This document shows positions 46,332 through 58,376 of a stretch of DNA of 64,000 nt, piece after piece. The stretch spans positions 101,494,001 through 101,558,000 of the forward strand of contig CM068743.1 in the NCBI GenBank assembly GCA_035084275.1. Reading direction: 5' to 3'. How positions within the stretch are numbered: the stretch's first letter is position 1; each line of letters starts with the position of its first letter. Both the position numbers and the translations under genes were made by a program. The notes beneath the pieces were generated by a model that did no database searches, had not been told where the DNA came from, and saw only the letters and a program-made list of their open reading frames with translations. Source of the DNA: Hydrolagus colliei. Taxonomy: Eukaryota.

Positions 46332-47921
46332 GTGGATAGAGAGCTAGAAAAGGGGCGGGGGGAGGGTAGAGAGAAAAAGAGGAGGGGGAGGAAGAAAGAA
46401 GAGCGTCCTGAGTCAGGAAATGCCTGGGCCCAGGTTGTGGGCCCGGATGGGATGCATCCTAGGTTACTAAGTGAGGCACGGGAGCAAATAGCAGGGACTC
46501 TGGCCACGATCTTTCAATCTTCCTTGGACACAGGGGTCGTGCCAGAGGACTGGAGGATAGCTAATGTTACTCCCTTGTATAAAAAGGGGCAGAAGGACAA
46601 GCCTGGTAACTACAGACCAGTCAGTCTAACGTCGGTAGTGGGCAAACTTCTAGAGTCCATAATCAGGGACAAGGTAGATCTTCACTTAGAAAGATATAGG
46701 CTAATAAAGGACAGTCAACATGGATTTGTTAAAGGCAAATCTTGCCTTACAAATCTGACAGAATTTTTTGATGAGGTAACGGAATGGGTGGATAATGGTA
46801 GCGCAGTTGATGTAGTTTACATGGACTTTCAAAAGGCATTTGACAAAGTGCCACATGAGAGACTTATTATGAAATTAAAGGCCCATGACGTAAAAGGGAC
46901 AGTGGCAGCGTGGATCCACAACTGGCTGCGAGGCAGAAAGCAGAGAGTTGTAGTGAGCGGCTGTTTTTCAGATTGGAGGGAAGTGAGCAGTGGTGTGCCA
47001 CAGGGATCGGTTTTGGGACCATTGCTGTTTGTAATCTACATCAATGATCTGGACTTGGGTGTACGGAGTACAGTTTCCAAGTTTGCAGATGACACTAAGT
47101 TAGGGAGAATAGTAAACAGTGAGGAGGATAGTAGCCATCTGCAAGAGGATATAGACAAATTGGTAAAGTGGGCAGACACATGGCAGATGAAGTTTAATGC
47201 AGAGAAGTGTGAGGTGATGCATTTTGGGAGAAGAAATGAAGGGAGGCAATATAGGCTAGATAGTACAATTTTAAATGGTGTAAAGGAACAGAGAGACCTG
47301 GGGATTTGTGTTAGTGACTCGTTGAAGGTGGCAGGACAGGTAGACAAGGCTGTTAAGAAGGCATATGGGATACTAGGCTTTATAAATAGGGGTATAGAGT
47401 ACAAAAGTCAGGAAGTGCTGACTAACCTCTATAGGACTTTGGTGAGGCCTCAGCTGGAATACTGTGTTCAATTCTGGTCACCACACTACAGAAAGGATGT
47501 GAAGGCATTGGAAAGGGTACAACGAAGATTTACTAGGATGGTGCCAGGATTGAGGGACTTCAGCTATGAGGAGAGGCTAGATAGGCTAGGGTTATTCTCT
47601 CTGGAGCAGAGAAGATTGAGGGGAGACCTAATAGAGGTTTATAAGATCATGAGGGGTTTCGACAGGGCAAATAGAGAAAAACTATTTCCACTCGTGGGTG
47701 AATCTGTGACTCGTGGTCACAGATTTAAAATAGTTTCAAGGCGCAGTAGAGGGGAGCTGAGGAGAAATTTTTTCACTCAGCGAGTTGTTCGAATCTGGAA
47801 TGCATTGCCTAAAAAGGTGGTGGAGGCTGATTCGATAACAACTTTTAAAAGGGAATTAGATCTTTATTTAGGAAGAACGGGTCTATTAGGCTATGGGGAG
47901 CGGGCAGGGCAATGGGATTGA
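46332..47921 (+). CDS. CR1 ORF2 reverse transcriptase, 5'-truncated but uninterrupted (first about 36 codons from the host MITE)
   Basis: GPDGMHPRLL, NYRPVSLTSVVGK, SQHGFVKGKSCLTNL, YMDFQKAFDKVPH, SGVPQGSVLGPLLF, KFADDTKL, LVRPQLEYC. No endonuclease domain; first in-frame ATG at 46452. Confidence 0.9.
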   Translation: MDRELEKGRGEGREKKRRGRKKEERPESGNAWAQVVGPDGMHPRLLSEAREQIAGTLATIFQSSLDTGVVPEDWRIANVTPLYKKGQKDKPGNYRPVSLTSVVGKLLESIIRDKVDLHLERYRLIKDSQHGFVKGKSCLTNLTEFFDEVTEWVDNGSAVDVVYMDFQKAFDKVPHERLIMKLKAHDVKGTVAAWIHNWLRGRKQRVVVSGCFSDWREVSSGVPQGSVLGPLLFVIYINDLDLGVRSTVSKFADDTKLGRIVNSEEDSSHLQEDIDKLVKWADTWQMKFNAEKCEVMHFGRRNEGRQYRLDSTILNGVKEQRDLGICVSDSLKVAGQVDKAVKKAYGILGFINRGIEYKSQEVLTNLYRTLVRPQLEYCVQFWSPHYRKDVKALERVQRRFTRMVPGLRDFSYEERLDRLGLFSLEQRRLRGDLIEVYKIMRGFDRANREKLFPLVGESVTRGHRFKIVSRRSRGELRRNFFTQRVVRIWNALPKKVVEADSITTFKRELDLYLGRTGLLGYGERAGQWD

Positions 47922-48009
47922 ATCGCTCTTTTCAAAGAGCCGGCACAGACTAGATGGGCCGAATGGCCTCCTTTTGTGCCGTAAAATTCTATGATTCTAT
48001 GATTCTATG
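46440..48009 (+). mobile_element. young 5'-truncated CR1 LINE
   Basis: Intact RT frame, 3' UTR with gatgggccgaatggcctcc and (ATTCTATG)3 tail, the hallmark CR1 terminal octamer repeat. Confidence 0.97.
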
Positions 48010-49166
48010 ATATTTCGGTGCGGTGACTGTGAAAACCTGGCGTGGAGCAGGTAGGATTGGCGGGTTTTTTCTTGCAATTTTTGTCACATTCCGGATTCCG
48101 GAACTCCAGACGTTTGCCTGCTCAACCTGTACACTGAAAATGTTAGCGCTAGGAACCGCTAGGAACTAAACTGATTTTAGTGGGGAGGCTCGGGTTGAGG
48201 CGGCGTTTTGGTTGCGGCCAAATACAGTAATACAGTTAAACTCTTGCTTAACAAAATTTTCGCTTAACGAAGGGTTTTAAAGTCCATAACCCCTTTGTTA
48301 AGTGGGATCTACCTGTATTTAGGTTCCCAAGCAAGTGGAAAATGGTTACATGGCTTTCTTCAATGTAAAAGATCTTTGGTTTATGGATTAGCACGTTTTT
48401 TCTTACGTTCTGGTCCGCTCAGTATTGAATACTGATCTCCACTGGTGTTGAAACTGCCTCTTTAAGGAAAATTAACTTGTGCCGCTAGAGCAGTGAGAAG
48501 TTGACTGGAGAGAATGGGTTTCCCCTCTCCTTGGCAGATCATCTCAGGAAACAAATATTAAAACAACACATTCTAGGGCTTAGAATGTGCAAGACTTATA
48601 CGTGCTTTGTTTCAGTAATAACAAAGTTGATGGCAATCTGGTTTGAAGTATCCACATACCAATATGTGCATTGCCACCAATTGATCATTAATCAGGAGAA
48701 AAGTAGCAAGAGTAATGCTTTATAGGTGGCAAACTTTTAATAAGCTTTTAATAAGCACACTGTTCTTTCACTTTGGGATTTGAGGGTCAATTCTGTCCAG
48801 ACTAGCAGGATGGAAATCTAGTTTGTTTCTCTTTGATGGATATTAAGAATTTGTATGAAAAATAACTTTGGCAGTCTGGACGTGCTCTTCGTGTTTTGTT
48901 TGTATGCGATACGCAAACAAATCCATCACCATGTTTAAGAGTCTCTAAACCAAACTACTGATGAAATCATCTCGGAAAATACAAAGAATGGTAATTTGCT
49001 TAGGTGACATTCACAATCATTCACCTCAAAAAGCAAGTTCTGGTAATGTTTCACAGTCACTTTAGGATACTGAGTGGGTGGGGAGACAGGTAGAGATCCA
49101 GAGGAGGTGGGGTTACAGTACGCATGATCGACATGAACCTAGGCTTGGACAAAGAGATAGATTTCA

Positions 49167-49420
49167 CAACAACAACAACAATAAATTACACTGATAGAGC
49201 GCCATTCACATCGGGAGGATGTCTCAAGGCGCTGAACTGTTAGGCCGGGACCCGAGCAGTGGGGGAAGGGTCGGGGTAGGGTCGGAGGAAGGAGAATAGG
49301 AAAGTGGGGAGAGTTAGGTCTTGAGATCGGTCTTGAAGGAGGAAAGGGAGGTAGCGAGGCGAAGGGATTGCGGGATGGATTTCCAGAGTGTGGGGCAGAG
49401 AGGCTGAAAGCCCGGCCACT
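49167..49420 (-). mobile_element. L2 3' end (type A)
   Basis: (caa)n...agagcgccattcacatcgggaggatgtctcaaggcgctg; LWKSIPQSLRLATSLSSFKTDLKT. Confidence 0.88.
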
Positions 49421-49573
49421 GATTTTTGTTGGCTTTTGAAGATAGGTTGAGGGACAAGATGAAGGGAGGTCCCGAGAGTGGGAGCATAGTTCTGTCTACT
49501 TGGCTTCTGATGATGTGGTGGAGTGGGTAGGGAACATACAATAGAACTGAATTTGCCAAGCAGAGAGGGCAAG

Positions 49574-49970
49574 CAACAACAACAACAACAACTTTGATTT
49601 ATATAGCGCCCTCCACGCCGGATGGCGTCTCAGAGCGCTTCACAATAACGGATCCTGGGACCGAGCCAGGGGCAGGGGTAGAAAGGTGACCAAAGGCGCG
49701 GTTGAAGAGAAAGGTCTTTAGCTGTGACCTGAAACTGGGAAGAGAGGGGGCGAAGCAAAGGGAGTGAGGAAGGGAGTTCCAGAGCCTCGGGGCATAGCGG
49801 CTGAAGGCACGGCAGCCGAGGGTGGAGCAGAGGATTCGGGTGACGTGGAGGAGGCCATACAAGTTGGAGTGAAGGCAGCGGGTGCTGGTTTGGGGAGAGA
49901 GGAGATCAGAGAGGTGCAGAGGAGTGGAGGGACTTGAAAACAAGGGTGAGGATCTTGAAGTCAAGCAGAG
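49574..49970 (-). mobile_element. L2 3' end (type B)
   Basis: (caa)n ctttgatttatatagcgccctccacgccggatggcgtctcagagcgcttcaca; RAFSRYAPRLWNSLPHSL...FRSQLKTFLFNRAF. Confidence 0.92.
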
Positions 49971-50169
49971 GAGTGATGCTGAAGAAGATCACTGTTTTGA
50001 GAAAGAGTGAGGGCATGAAGGGATTTGTAGATGGACATCTGCTGGTGCTGGAGAGAAATCATCTTTTTGATCTCTGAAGCATTTCTGTTAATGAATTCTG
50101 TTGCCCAGGAAATATAATTTCAAATGGATTTGAGTGCTTTGCTCTTGACTACAATGACATTAAAGATGT

Positions 50170-50500
50170 GGAGTCCTGTAGTTGGTTAGAGGATTTGCCT
50201 CGCAAGCGAGAGATCTGGGTTTGATTCCTGGCAGTTCGAAGTGTTTGGCAAGGTGAAATGTTGAGCAAGTTTCCTTACTATACACGCCAGTTTACCTAGA
50301 GTAAGTAGGAACCAGTTGTTAGTCGATTACCAGATCTTTTCTGGGGCTTATAATTGCTTCAAAAAATATAATAATTTAGTCACTTAATCCACGACTGTTT
50401 GCAGAACACTGCTGTAAGCAATTAGCTGCCGTATTTCGTCCACAAATATACAGTCAATTCATTTACAGTATGTTCTGTGAAATGCTTTGAGACTTTCCGG
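50170..50500 (+). mobile_element. tRNA-derived SINE, long form; followed by an L2 type-A tail (50510-50575)
   Basis: ggagtcctgtag...gcctcgcaagcgagagatctgggtttgattcc; insert gtttacctagagtaagtaggaaccagttgttagtcgatt; shared 3' half. Confidence 0.85.
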
Positions 50501-53230
50501 TATAATGTCTGTCCAGCACTCTGGGATGTCCTCCTGATGTGAAAGGCGCTACACAAATGTAATTTTGTTGTTGTTTTTATATATTTTAACCTTTTTAAGA
50601 CTATTAAAGAACTATGAAACTATTCTGTTTAGCCCCCATGCTGATCTGAAGTACTAATTCCCACTGAAGTGAATGGAGCAACCCCAGGATGTGTACAACT
50701 GTAGGACATATGTTCATCACCTGAACAGCTCACGAGTCCAGTGCCCTGGCACCTACCACCTTTCCTGGCAACCTGTTCCAGGCACAAACTGCTGTCTGAG
50801 TAAAGGAAAAACACCTGGTTATCTGACCTAAAGCTGTGTCCTCTTGTTCTTTTGTTTTGTAGATCCTAAAGTTGTTGATCTGAGTTTACTTTTAAATCCA
50901 TTTGAATTGTTATACACCTCTCTGAGCTGTCTTCTATCGAGACTGAAGGTGTGTGTCTAATGATTGCTCATTGCGCATTCCTCAAACACTGGAGATCATC
51001 CCTGTTGAATGCATAGTGTATTCATCAGGTGCAGTGGCACTGAATCATCAGTGCTGTGAGCTCAGGGAAGGATCTAGCTGATTCTATCTGCAGTGAATGA
51101 TCTAGTAGGACATTGTCAAGAATTACACTCCCTTTCAATTGACCTGCAAAGTTTGCTAAGTTCCACTAACAAATGCAGCAAATTTGCTGGACAATCAGGG
51201 GTTTGCACCTCCACTGCAGGTTGGGATCAGAGAGGGATGAAAGGTGGGGGCGGAGTGGAAGAGGAGGAAAGGTGACCAAAGGTACGGTCGAAAAAGAAGG
51301 TCTTGAGATGGGCCTTGAAGGATTTCATTTTGTTAATATTCCATTACTGGCAGAATAATAATAACAACAACATCTTGGCATTTATATCTCACCTTTCAAC
51401 TGGGGAGCAGTGTCAGAGCAGCTATATTGACCTTATCATATTAGTGTGCTTATCCTTAAGCATTTGTCTAGATATATGCCCTGCATTTTTATGAAGTTAT
51501 TTGTGAGTTAATTATTTCAATTGTTTATAGTAATTTCTTTACTCTTGGGAATTGTTGTTGGGAAGTGAAATCCTTTGCTACACAATGAAATGTTGTGGTG
51601 TGCTCATCAACTTGCAAACCATGGACCCTGATTGGGAAGTTAACGATTACTGTACTTGGCAAAACGGATTTCATAAGAAGTTTTAAAATCTTATTGAGGC
51701 AAAAAAGAGTACATGCTTATTAAGGAATAAGGCCTTGGTATTACTTATCATTGCTCTTCTTTGTTTAGGTGCATATTTTGGAATTCTGGATGTGTTTTTA
51801 TAGTTTGTTACTTATGCAATGCTCTAAGATGGGTTCTGTAAACGTAAGTTGTCATTTTTATTGTTTGTCAGTGACACATTTGTTCTGTTGTATGGGATAC
51901 AAACTGCTGTCAATGGTAGGAAATTAAAATTAACAGAGCAGTGAATAGCTGACAGCTCAAAAAGAAGCAGATGCGAAAATAGATAATAAAGTACATGGGA
52001 ACGGTTAAAGTAGGATAAGCAATGGGAGAAACCATGACCGATTGAGTAATGCAAAGAAAATTACTCCAGTGTAAGTTGCAGGAAGTTTACTGAAATAAAA
52101 ATTGTGCATTTCAACAAAGAGAATTTACATTTATATAATACTTTCCACATCAGGAGGACGTCTCAATGCTCTTCATATAACTGACTTTGCTCAAGCAGGG
52201 AGCAGGGGTGGGCGCCTGAAAGTACGATTAAATACTGATAAATCAGAAAGTGTTGTAACAAAATAAGCAGTCATTACATCTTACAGTAAAATCCTGAAGC
52301 GCTTTGAGATGTTCAGATGATTTTGATAAGGTGCTATATCAAATGCAAGGATTATCGTTATAAATTCTAATTTCAGACTGAAGTATTACAGTACCATACA
52401 GTTTTATGCTTTGTCAAATCTATTTGGAGGAAAGTAATTATTTATTACTTGTTTTTAAAAACACAGCTCGGATAAGGATACTTTATTTCATACGCATTTC
52501 CTCATAAGCTAATAGTAATCATCATATTTTAATAGTGCTCATTATTGCCACTCATTAGCATGTGCTTGTTCCATAATACAAACCATACCTAGCTAGGACA
52601 TTCCCACTCTTTAGTTCCACTGTCATTTAATGCAATAGTACACTGCATAGAATGATAATGGGCAGTTTCACCTAACATGAGGAGTGCAGATCTTAATATG
52701 CAGTACTGTACAGTATTACTTTGTTTTGAGAGTTTCATTCTTTCATTCTGAATCGCATCATATCGCAAGAATATGAAAATCCGTTACATAGCAGAGCAGA
52801 ATGCATTAGAAAGTCTCTCCATGGCAGTGCTGTAAATTTGGTCACGCATATCGGCCAGATGGCCAGTTCCAGAATTCAGGGAAGACATGCCCCTGACATT
52901 GACCTTCATATGTCTGCCAAACTCCATCACTGTGTGAATTGCAGTTTACATTCCCTTAATAGAAATATCTTCATTATTATTATTTAATTTACTTTATGTG
53001 CTTCCATCGAAATGTAAAGTTTCTTTCCAATACATCATGAACCATGCTCAAGCTCACAGTGTTGTACCGTAAACTTTTTGGAGCATTTTCAAACATTGAA
53101 CTTCAATTGAGCTTAAGATATAAGATTCAATAGAAAGAAGGATAATTTTACTTTTCTTAAAGTCAAGTTGCCTCTAATTTCCCACCAAAAACATTTCTGT
53201 TAAAATTCCAATATGGGGTTCAACCAAATA

Positions 53231-53517
53231 AAATTGACTGTATATTTTATGGGAGAAATATGGCAGCCAATTGCACACAGCAGTGTCCCACAAATAGTTG
53301 TGGATCGAGTGACCAATTTCTTATTTTTTTTGAAAGAATTATTACCGCAGGAAAAGCGATCCGCCAATCGAGTAACAACCGGGTTCATACCTTCATACCT
53401 AATTACCTGCTCAGTAAACAGAGGCGTATGGAGTAAGGAAACATGCCCTGCGTGGGAATCAAACCCACGTCTCTCGCGTGTGAGTCGAGTACTCTAACCA
53501 CTGAGCTACAGGACTCC
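53231..53517 (-). mobile_element. tRNA-derived SINE, long form, 3' end missing
   Basis: Minus strand ggagtcctgtagctcagtggttagagtactcgactcacacgcgagagacgtgggtttgattccc; insert ctctgtttactgagcagg...ggttgttactcgattggcggatcgc. Confidence 0.88.
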
Positions 53518-54106
53518 CATGATTACGATTCCCCTCCTGCACCTCGCTCATTGACGTTCTTCATGTCTCAAGTGACACTAGGTTATTTGACTGTAGGAGG
53601 TATCACAGTCACACCTGGTCGTGTCCTAACTCAACATTCACACAGGATGCCCTGCAGCAGGGATCTTTGGCTAGTGACCAGCAGCACGAGGCAGCTTGAT
53701 TTATTTTCTTCTCGTTCAAGGGAAGCTGATGCCCACTGTAGCAACCCAAATACTGAGATCAATGGATTCACCACAGACCCAGACTTAAATGTTTGATTGT
53801 CTGTTTTGCTTGGCTGTGTGCTGCACTGGACAGTGCTTTACTCATGATCACACAAGGTGTTATACAAATGCAATTTTGTGGTTGTTTTTGTTGTTGTTGT
53901 TGTTGATTGTTGTAGCAAACAGGAACGTTTTTTGAGCTGCTTTTAAGTTAACATTGGGAGCAATGATGCTGATCAAGTCAAATATTGGTAGCTTCTCCAG
54001 GGAAAAAAAAGCTATACTAATATCACTAACTGAATCTGCTTACAATAAAATCACTTTCTGAAACAAAATCCATTCTGTAGCACGAGTGACTAATTCTGAA
54101 TGGAGT

Positions 54107-54420
54107 GGAGTCCTGTAACTCAGTGGTTAGAGCACTCACCTTACGAGCCTGAGACCTGTGTTCAGGCAGATCAGGGTGAAACCTTGGGCAAGTTTCCTTG
54201 CTCCACACGCCTAATAATAATCCCTCCAAAAAAAACCCCACAATAATAAAATTGGTCATTTCAATCCACAACTGTTTGTGGGACACTCCTTGCGCAATTG
54301 GCTGCCACGTTTTGCCCACAATTATACAGTCAATTCACTTTACAGTTTATTCTGTAGAGCTTTTCACATGTAGAAGATGTGAAAAGAGCTATATCAAATG
54401 CAAGAATTATTATTATTATT
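54107..54420 (+). mobile_element. tRNA-derived SINE, short form, full length
   Basis: ggagtcctgtaactcagtggttagagcactc..., body, tail aaatgcaagaattattattatt. Confidence 0.92.
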
Positions 54421-56755
54421 TACGCAGTGTTTTTATTTACATTTCCTGAGGTGAAGAACGACTGCAGAGTGGAGAATATGAAGGACATTTTGTTGCTAAA
54501 CTCTATCGCATTGGGAGGGGATGGATAGCTGCAAGACCTAGTATCTCCCAAGCTCTATTCCTCTTTCATCCGAGAGATGAACAGCAAGAATGTGCAGGAA
54601 TTGGAAGAGATCACATTGCACAAAGAGCATGACCTTTGCCGATTCATTTTCTTAACCTTGTCTGCAAGCAGTTCTACTGTTTTAATCATGTAGCCGGGAA
54701 GCCATTAGTTTCCATTTGTAAACAAAGCTTTCTTCACCAGTCCGTTCAAGTCTAAGACAAAATCAATAGCTATGAGATGGTCGGAGAGACGGGAGTGCAG
54801 CCCTGGGTTAGTTTCAACCACTCGCAGACATACAAATTGGTAGGCAATAGACTCAATATGTGGCTGAAACCTATTGCTTGTCTTTCATTTTATGTATTGC
54901 ATCCACTAATTCCATTATTGTTTTGCATTGCTTGAAGTAATGGGTGACTTCCCATCAGGAGCGGTTGAGAGATCAATCTGAGAGATCTCTTATTAAGGAA
55001 AATGAGAAGAAGGGGAATGATATCAGTGGCAGATGGCAATAGGATTCATCAATGATTGATCTCTAGTGTTTCAAGGGTTATATTTGGGTGGGAAATAGTT
55101 TTAACCAAGACTCTATAAGTCCCTGCACTACTTTCAAATACTGCCATACTCAATGAATATGTGATATATTGATATATGTGATGTAAACACAATATAAACT
55201 AACTGGGCTTGATATCTTAATGTGTAAGGTCCTTTCTCAATACCTCTTGCACATCACCGTGGCTGACATTAGGGAACCTATTGTGTGTAAAATCATAGTC
55301 ATCAATCTGGGTTGTATCACTCCAGTAAGTACATTGGAGCTTCAGTATATTTTTCTGCCATGCATGGTATTTCATGCATGAACAAGCTTAGTTCATAAGT
55401 AACTAGTGAATTCTGACAAGTCTTTCTTGAAAGTTGTGTCATTTGCTTTATGTGTATGTTTGGGGGAGAGAAGATGCCAAAGGCTGCTGATGCAGTGCAA
55501 TTTTAACAATGAATAGACATGACCCTGACTTAATATGTGACAAAGTTCGAATTGTAGATATTTGGTTGGGGAGGGGGGGATCTGTTATAATCCTACCTTT
55601 CAAGCCCCACATCTGTGCTTTTACCTTCTCAGCTTGCTCTCACCTCTAACATGTCTGCCTCTGCTATTAACACTACAGAGACCCTCATCCACACTATCAT
55701 CACATCCAGGCTTGACTGATATTGTAATAGCTATCAATAAGATAATTTCTTTAGCAAGAGGCTGTGTACAAAAGTTGCACAATTAAATCATCACATTTTG
55801 AGGAAGTTAGAAATTTCCCTTATACTGTTTGATGTATAGTTTGAAGACTGAAAAAGAAAAAAGTACTCTGCTCCTATCTACCATTGAGCTACAGATTGCT
55901 ATTAGACAATTTTCCAAGTTAACATTTGGCCAAATGCAGCAATTAATTTTTCAGCTAGCTACAATTAATTTCCAATTGGACTTAATTAAACACAAAAATG
56001 TAGAAATGAAACTAATCATTATACCGCATTGCACAAAATCATTAAAATCAAAGTACAACTAATGGGAACGCAGCTCTGTATCATAGTGGGCCAAGCGAGG
56101 GGTTCCTGCTGTTGATGCATTTTAAGGATTTAATGATGTGCATTATGAGTGTATTTTAACTTACTAAAGTTGTATATAAGATAAATCAACTTGACGCAAT
56201 GTAAAATGTTGGCTGGATGGTGCAGGTTAGCATACTGTTCTTTCACTACTGCAATCTGGTTTTCAATCTTTCACTGAAAAGTGAAATGGGGGTAGATGGT
56301 CTTAATCCATTTGCTTGTGTATATGGTCTATGGTGCACATTGGCCCACAATTGGTAATAGACCAACTGTCCACATCAGGTGTCCGGATGGTTTGTGTGGG
56401 GAATGGAAGTACAGAATGTACAATATTACTGCAGAGGTGCTGCTGTCATAAGGGTGGTGTTCAGATAATTTACTGGGACAGTGGGAGACGTTTTGATACA
56501 TTTGCAGTATTGCAATGTGCACATAATGTTGTGGGAAAACATTGATGGTTAGGAGGTGGCAATTTCAGAGTTTGGTATTTTTTTTAACACAGGGTAATGG
56601 AATGAGGTACCAGAAGAAAGAATGGTTGAGGTCATGAGGGTGGACTTAGCTTTTGTATGTGGCTGTGTGTTGGAGATCAGATGGACGAAGAGCTGTCATC
56701 ATCTAATCCTCACCTGTGAACAATAAGATCAGTGTGCATCCAAAGCATTAAATGC

Positions 56756-56977
56756 GGAGTCCTGTGGCACTAATCCCTCAAAAAAAAAGTTGGTTATCTC
56801 AATCCATGACTGTTTGTGGGATAATGCTGTGTATAATTGGTTGCCGAGTTTTGCCTACAAGTATACAGTTTTTTCACTTTACAGTATATTCACTCTATAG
56901 TATGTTCTGTGAAGCACTTTGAGATGTCTAGAAGATGTGAAAAGCTCTATATTCAAATGCAGGAATTATTATTATTA
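56756..56977 (+). mobile_element. SINE with most of the tRNA head deleted
   Basis: ggagtcctgtggcac joined directly to taatccctcaaaaaaaaagttggttatctcaatccatgactg; normal tail. Confidence 0.85.
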
Positions 56978-57849
56978 TCTATACATAGAAATACCAGTTC
57001 GGCTATTAAAATACATTGTCTTGTTCTCTGACCATGTTTGAGTATAAAATAGAGACATTATGTATTACGTGAGCTATTTCACAGTATATTTCAGTCCTGA
57101 GTCGTCTTTCTGAACATTTGAGAGAATAGATTGTAAATATAGTGTTGTCAATGCAGCATTGACATTGATTATATACGAGCCGCTTCTTAAATTTGCTCTT
57201 AGAAGTCCAATATGATCGGGTCATTAATGGATGACCTCCTGCAGCTCAATGTGGCTTATTTTTAGTGTAGTGATCCCTCTTCTCGGCCATTGAAAATCTC
57301 TCTGTACATTTAAAGTAAAATGAGGGCATGGAATAGAAGTGATACCGCATTGATTACATAGTTAACATGATTAATATTAAAACAGTTGCGACTTATCTAA
57401 CAAAGAGAATCATTTATAGTCTTGTAGTATGCTTTTTGTGGCGATTGCTGTGAAAAACTGTGCCAATTTGGATCAAGGCCGCCTCCAGTATAAATCGAAG
57501 GCGAGATGCGTGATGGTCCAATAACTCACGCAGAAGCCTGACAGGTGATAACTTGATATGTCAAAAATAGTCTCTTTAAAAACTCTTGACCTGCATTGTC
57601 ATATTTACTGCACCTGAAAAGAATTTTTTTTTTTTGTTCGTTTTCTCCCTAGCAGGAGAGATTATTTTTAGTGTTCTATGTGCTTCCTTCCAATTGATAA
57701 TATCTGCAGTAATTTGAGAGGGAGATTAATTCAGAATGCTGCTGAATGCCTTCTATATTGAGCACAGCCGGTAACAAGAGAACATGGTGCTTTCTTGTTG
57801 TTTTAAATTGTACGAGATGAATGGAGCTCTCAACTGGATTTTTGAAATG

Positions 57850-58376
57850 TCCCCTTTCCGGTCTCCGAAGCTCCACTGTGCACAGGATCCAGCTGATTGA
57901 AAATTCTGCCACTGGCATACCCACACATAGTAAACTCTGTACCCCCATCACACCGGTTCTAGCCAGCCCCCACTGGCTCCCTATCACTTAATGGATTGAT
58001 TTCAAGATCCTCATATTTGTTTTCAAATCCCTTCATGCCCTGCTCTTTCCCACCTCTCTGACCTGCTTACACCCCAACCCAGCACCTCCGCTGCTTGACT
58101 GGCTACAGCCTCCTGCATTTCCCTCATGCCTTCCGTTCCACATTGGTGACCTACTTTCAGCCATTATGCCCCAAAATTCTGTAATGCTCTTCCCCTATCC
58201 CCTCTTTATCCCTTCCTTCTACATTTTCAGGTCTCACCTGAAGACTTTCCTCTTCGACCATGCCTACAGTCACCTCCCCCTCCCCTGGTTCAGCGACATG
58301 CTCCATCACTGTAAAGCGCTTTGGGACACTACTCTGAGGGGCTCTTTATAAGTTCAAATTGCTGTTGTTGCTGTTG
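57850..58376 (+). mobile_element. L2 3' region (type B), diverged
   Basis: atcacaccggttctagccagcccccactggctccc (ITPVLA..HWL), gatttcaagatcctc, FRSHLKTFLFDHAY, (gtt)n-like tail. Confidence 0.85.

Larger units (their letters stand above)
45863..48315. mobile_element. large Tc1/mariner (pogo/Tigger-like) MITE, family B copy 1, interrupted by CR1
   Basis: TIRs caggtagaccctgcttattgaa ... tttgttaagtgggatctacctg, TA at 45861-62 and 48316-17. Both halves (45863-46439, 48010-48315) are colinear with 62667-63596. Confidence 0.93.

Noticed and set aside
46073-46507. Pro/Ser/Leu-rich minus-strand ORFs (also 62960-63262)
   Set aside because: They are antisense readings of the MITE polypurine tract.
54451-54632. 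About 60-codon stop-free frame EERLQSGEYEGHF...
   Set aside because: No start codon, no splice signals and no recognisable motif.
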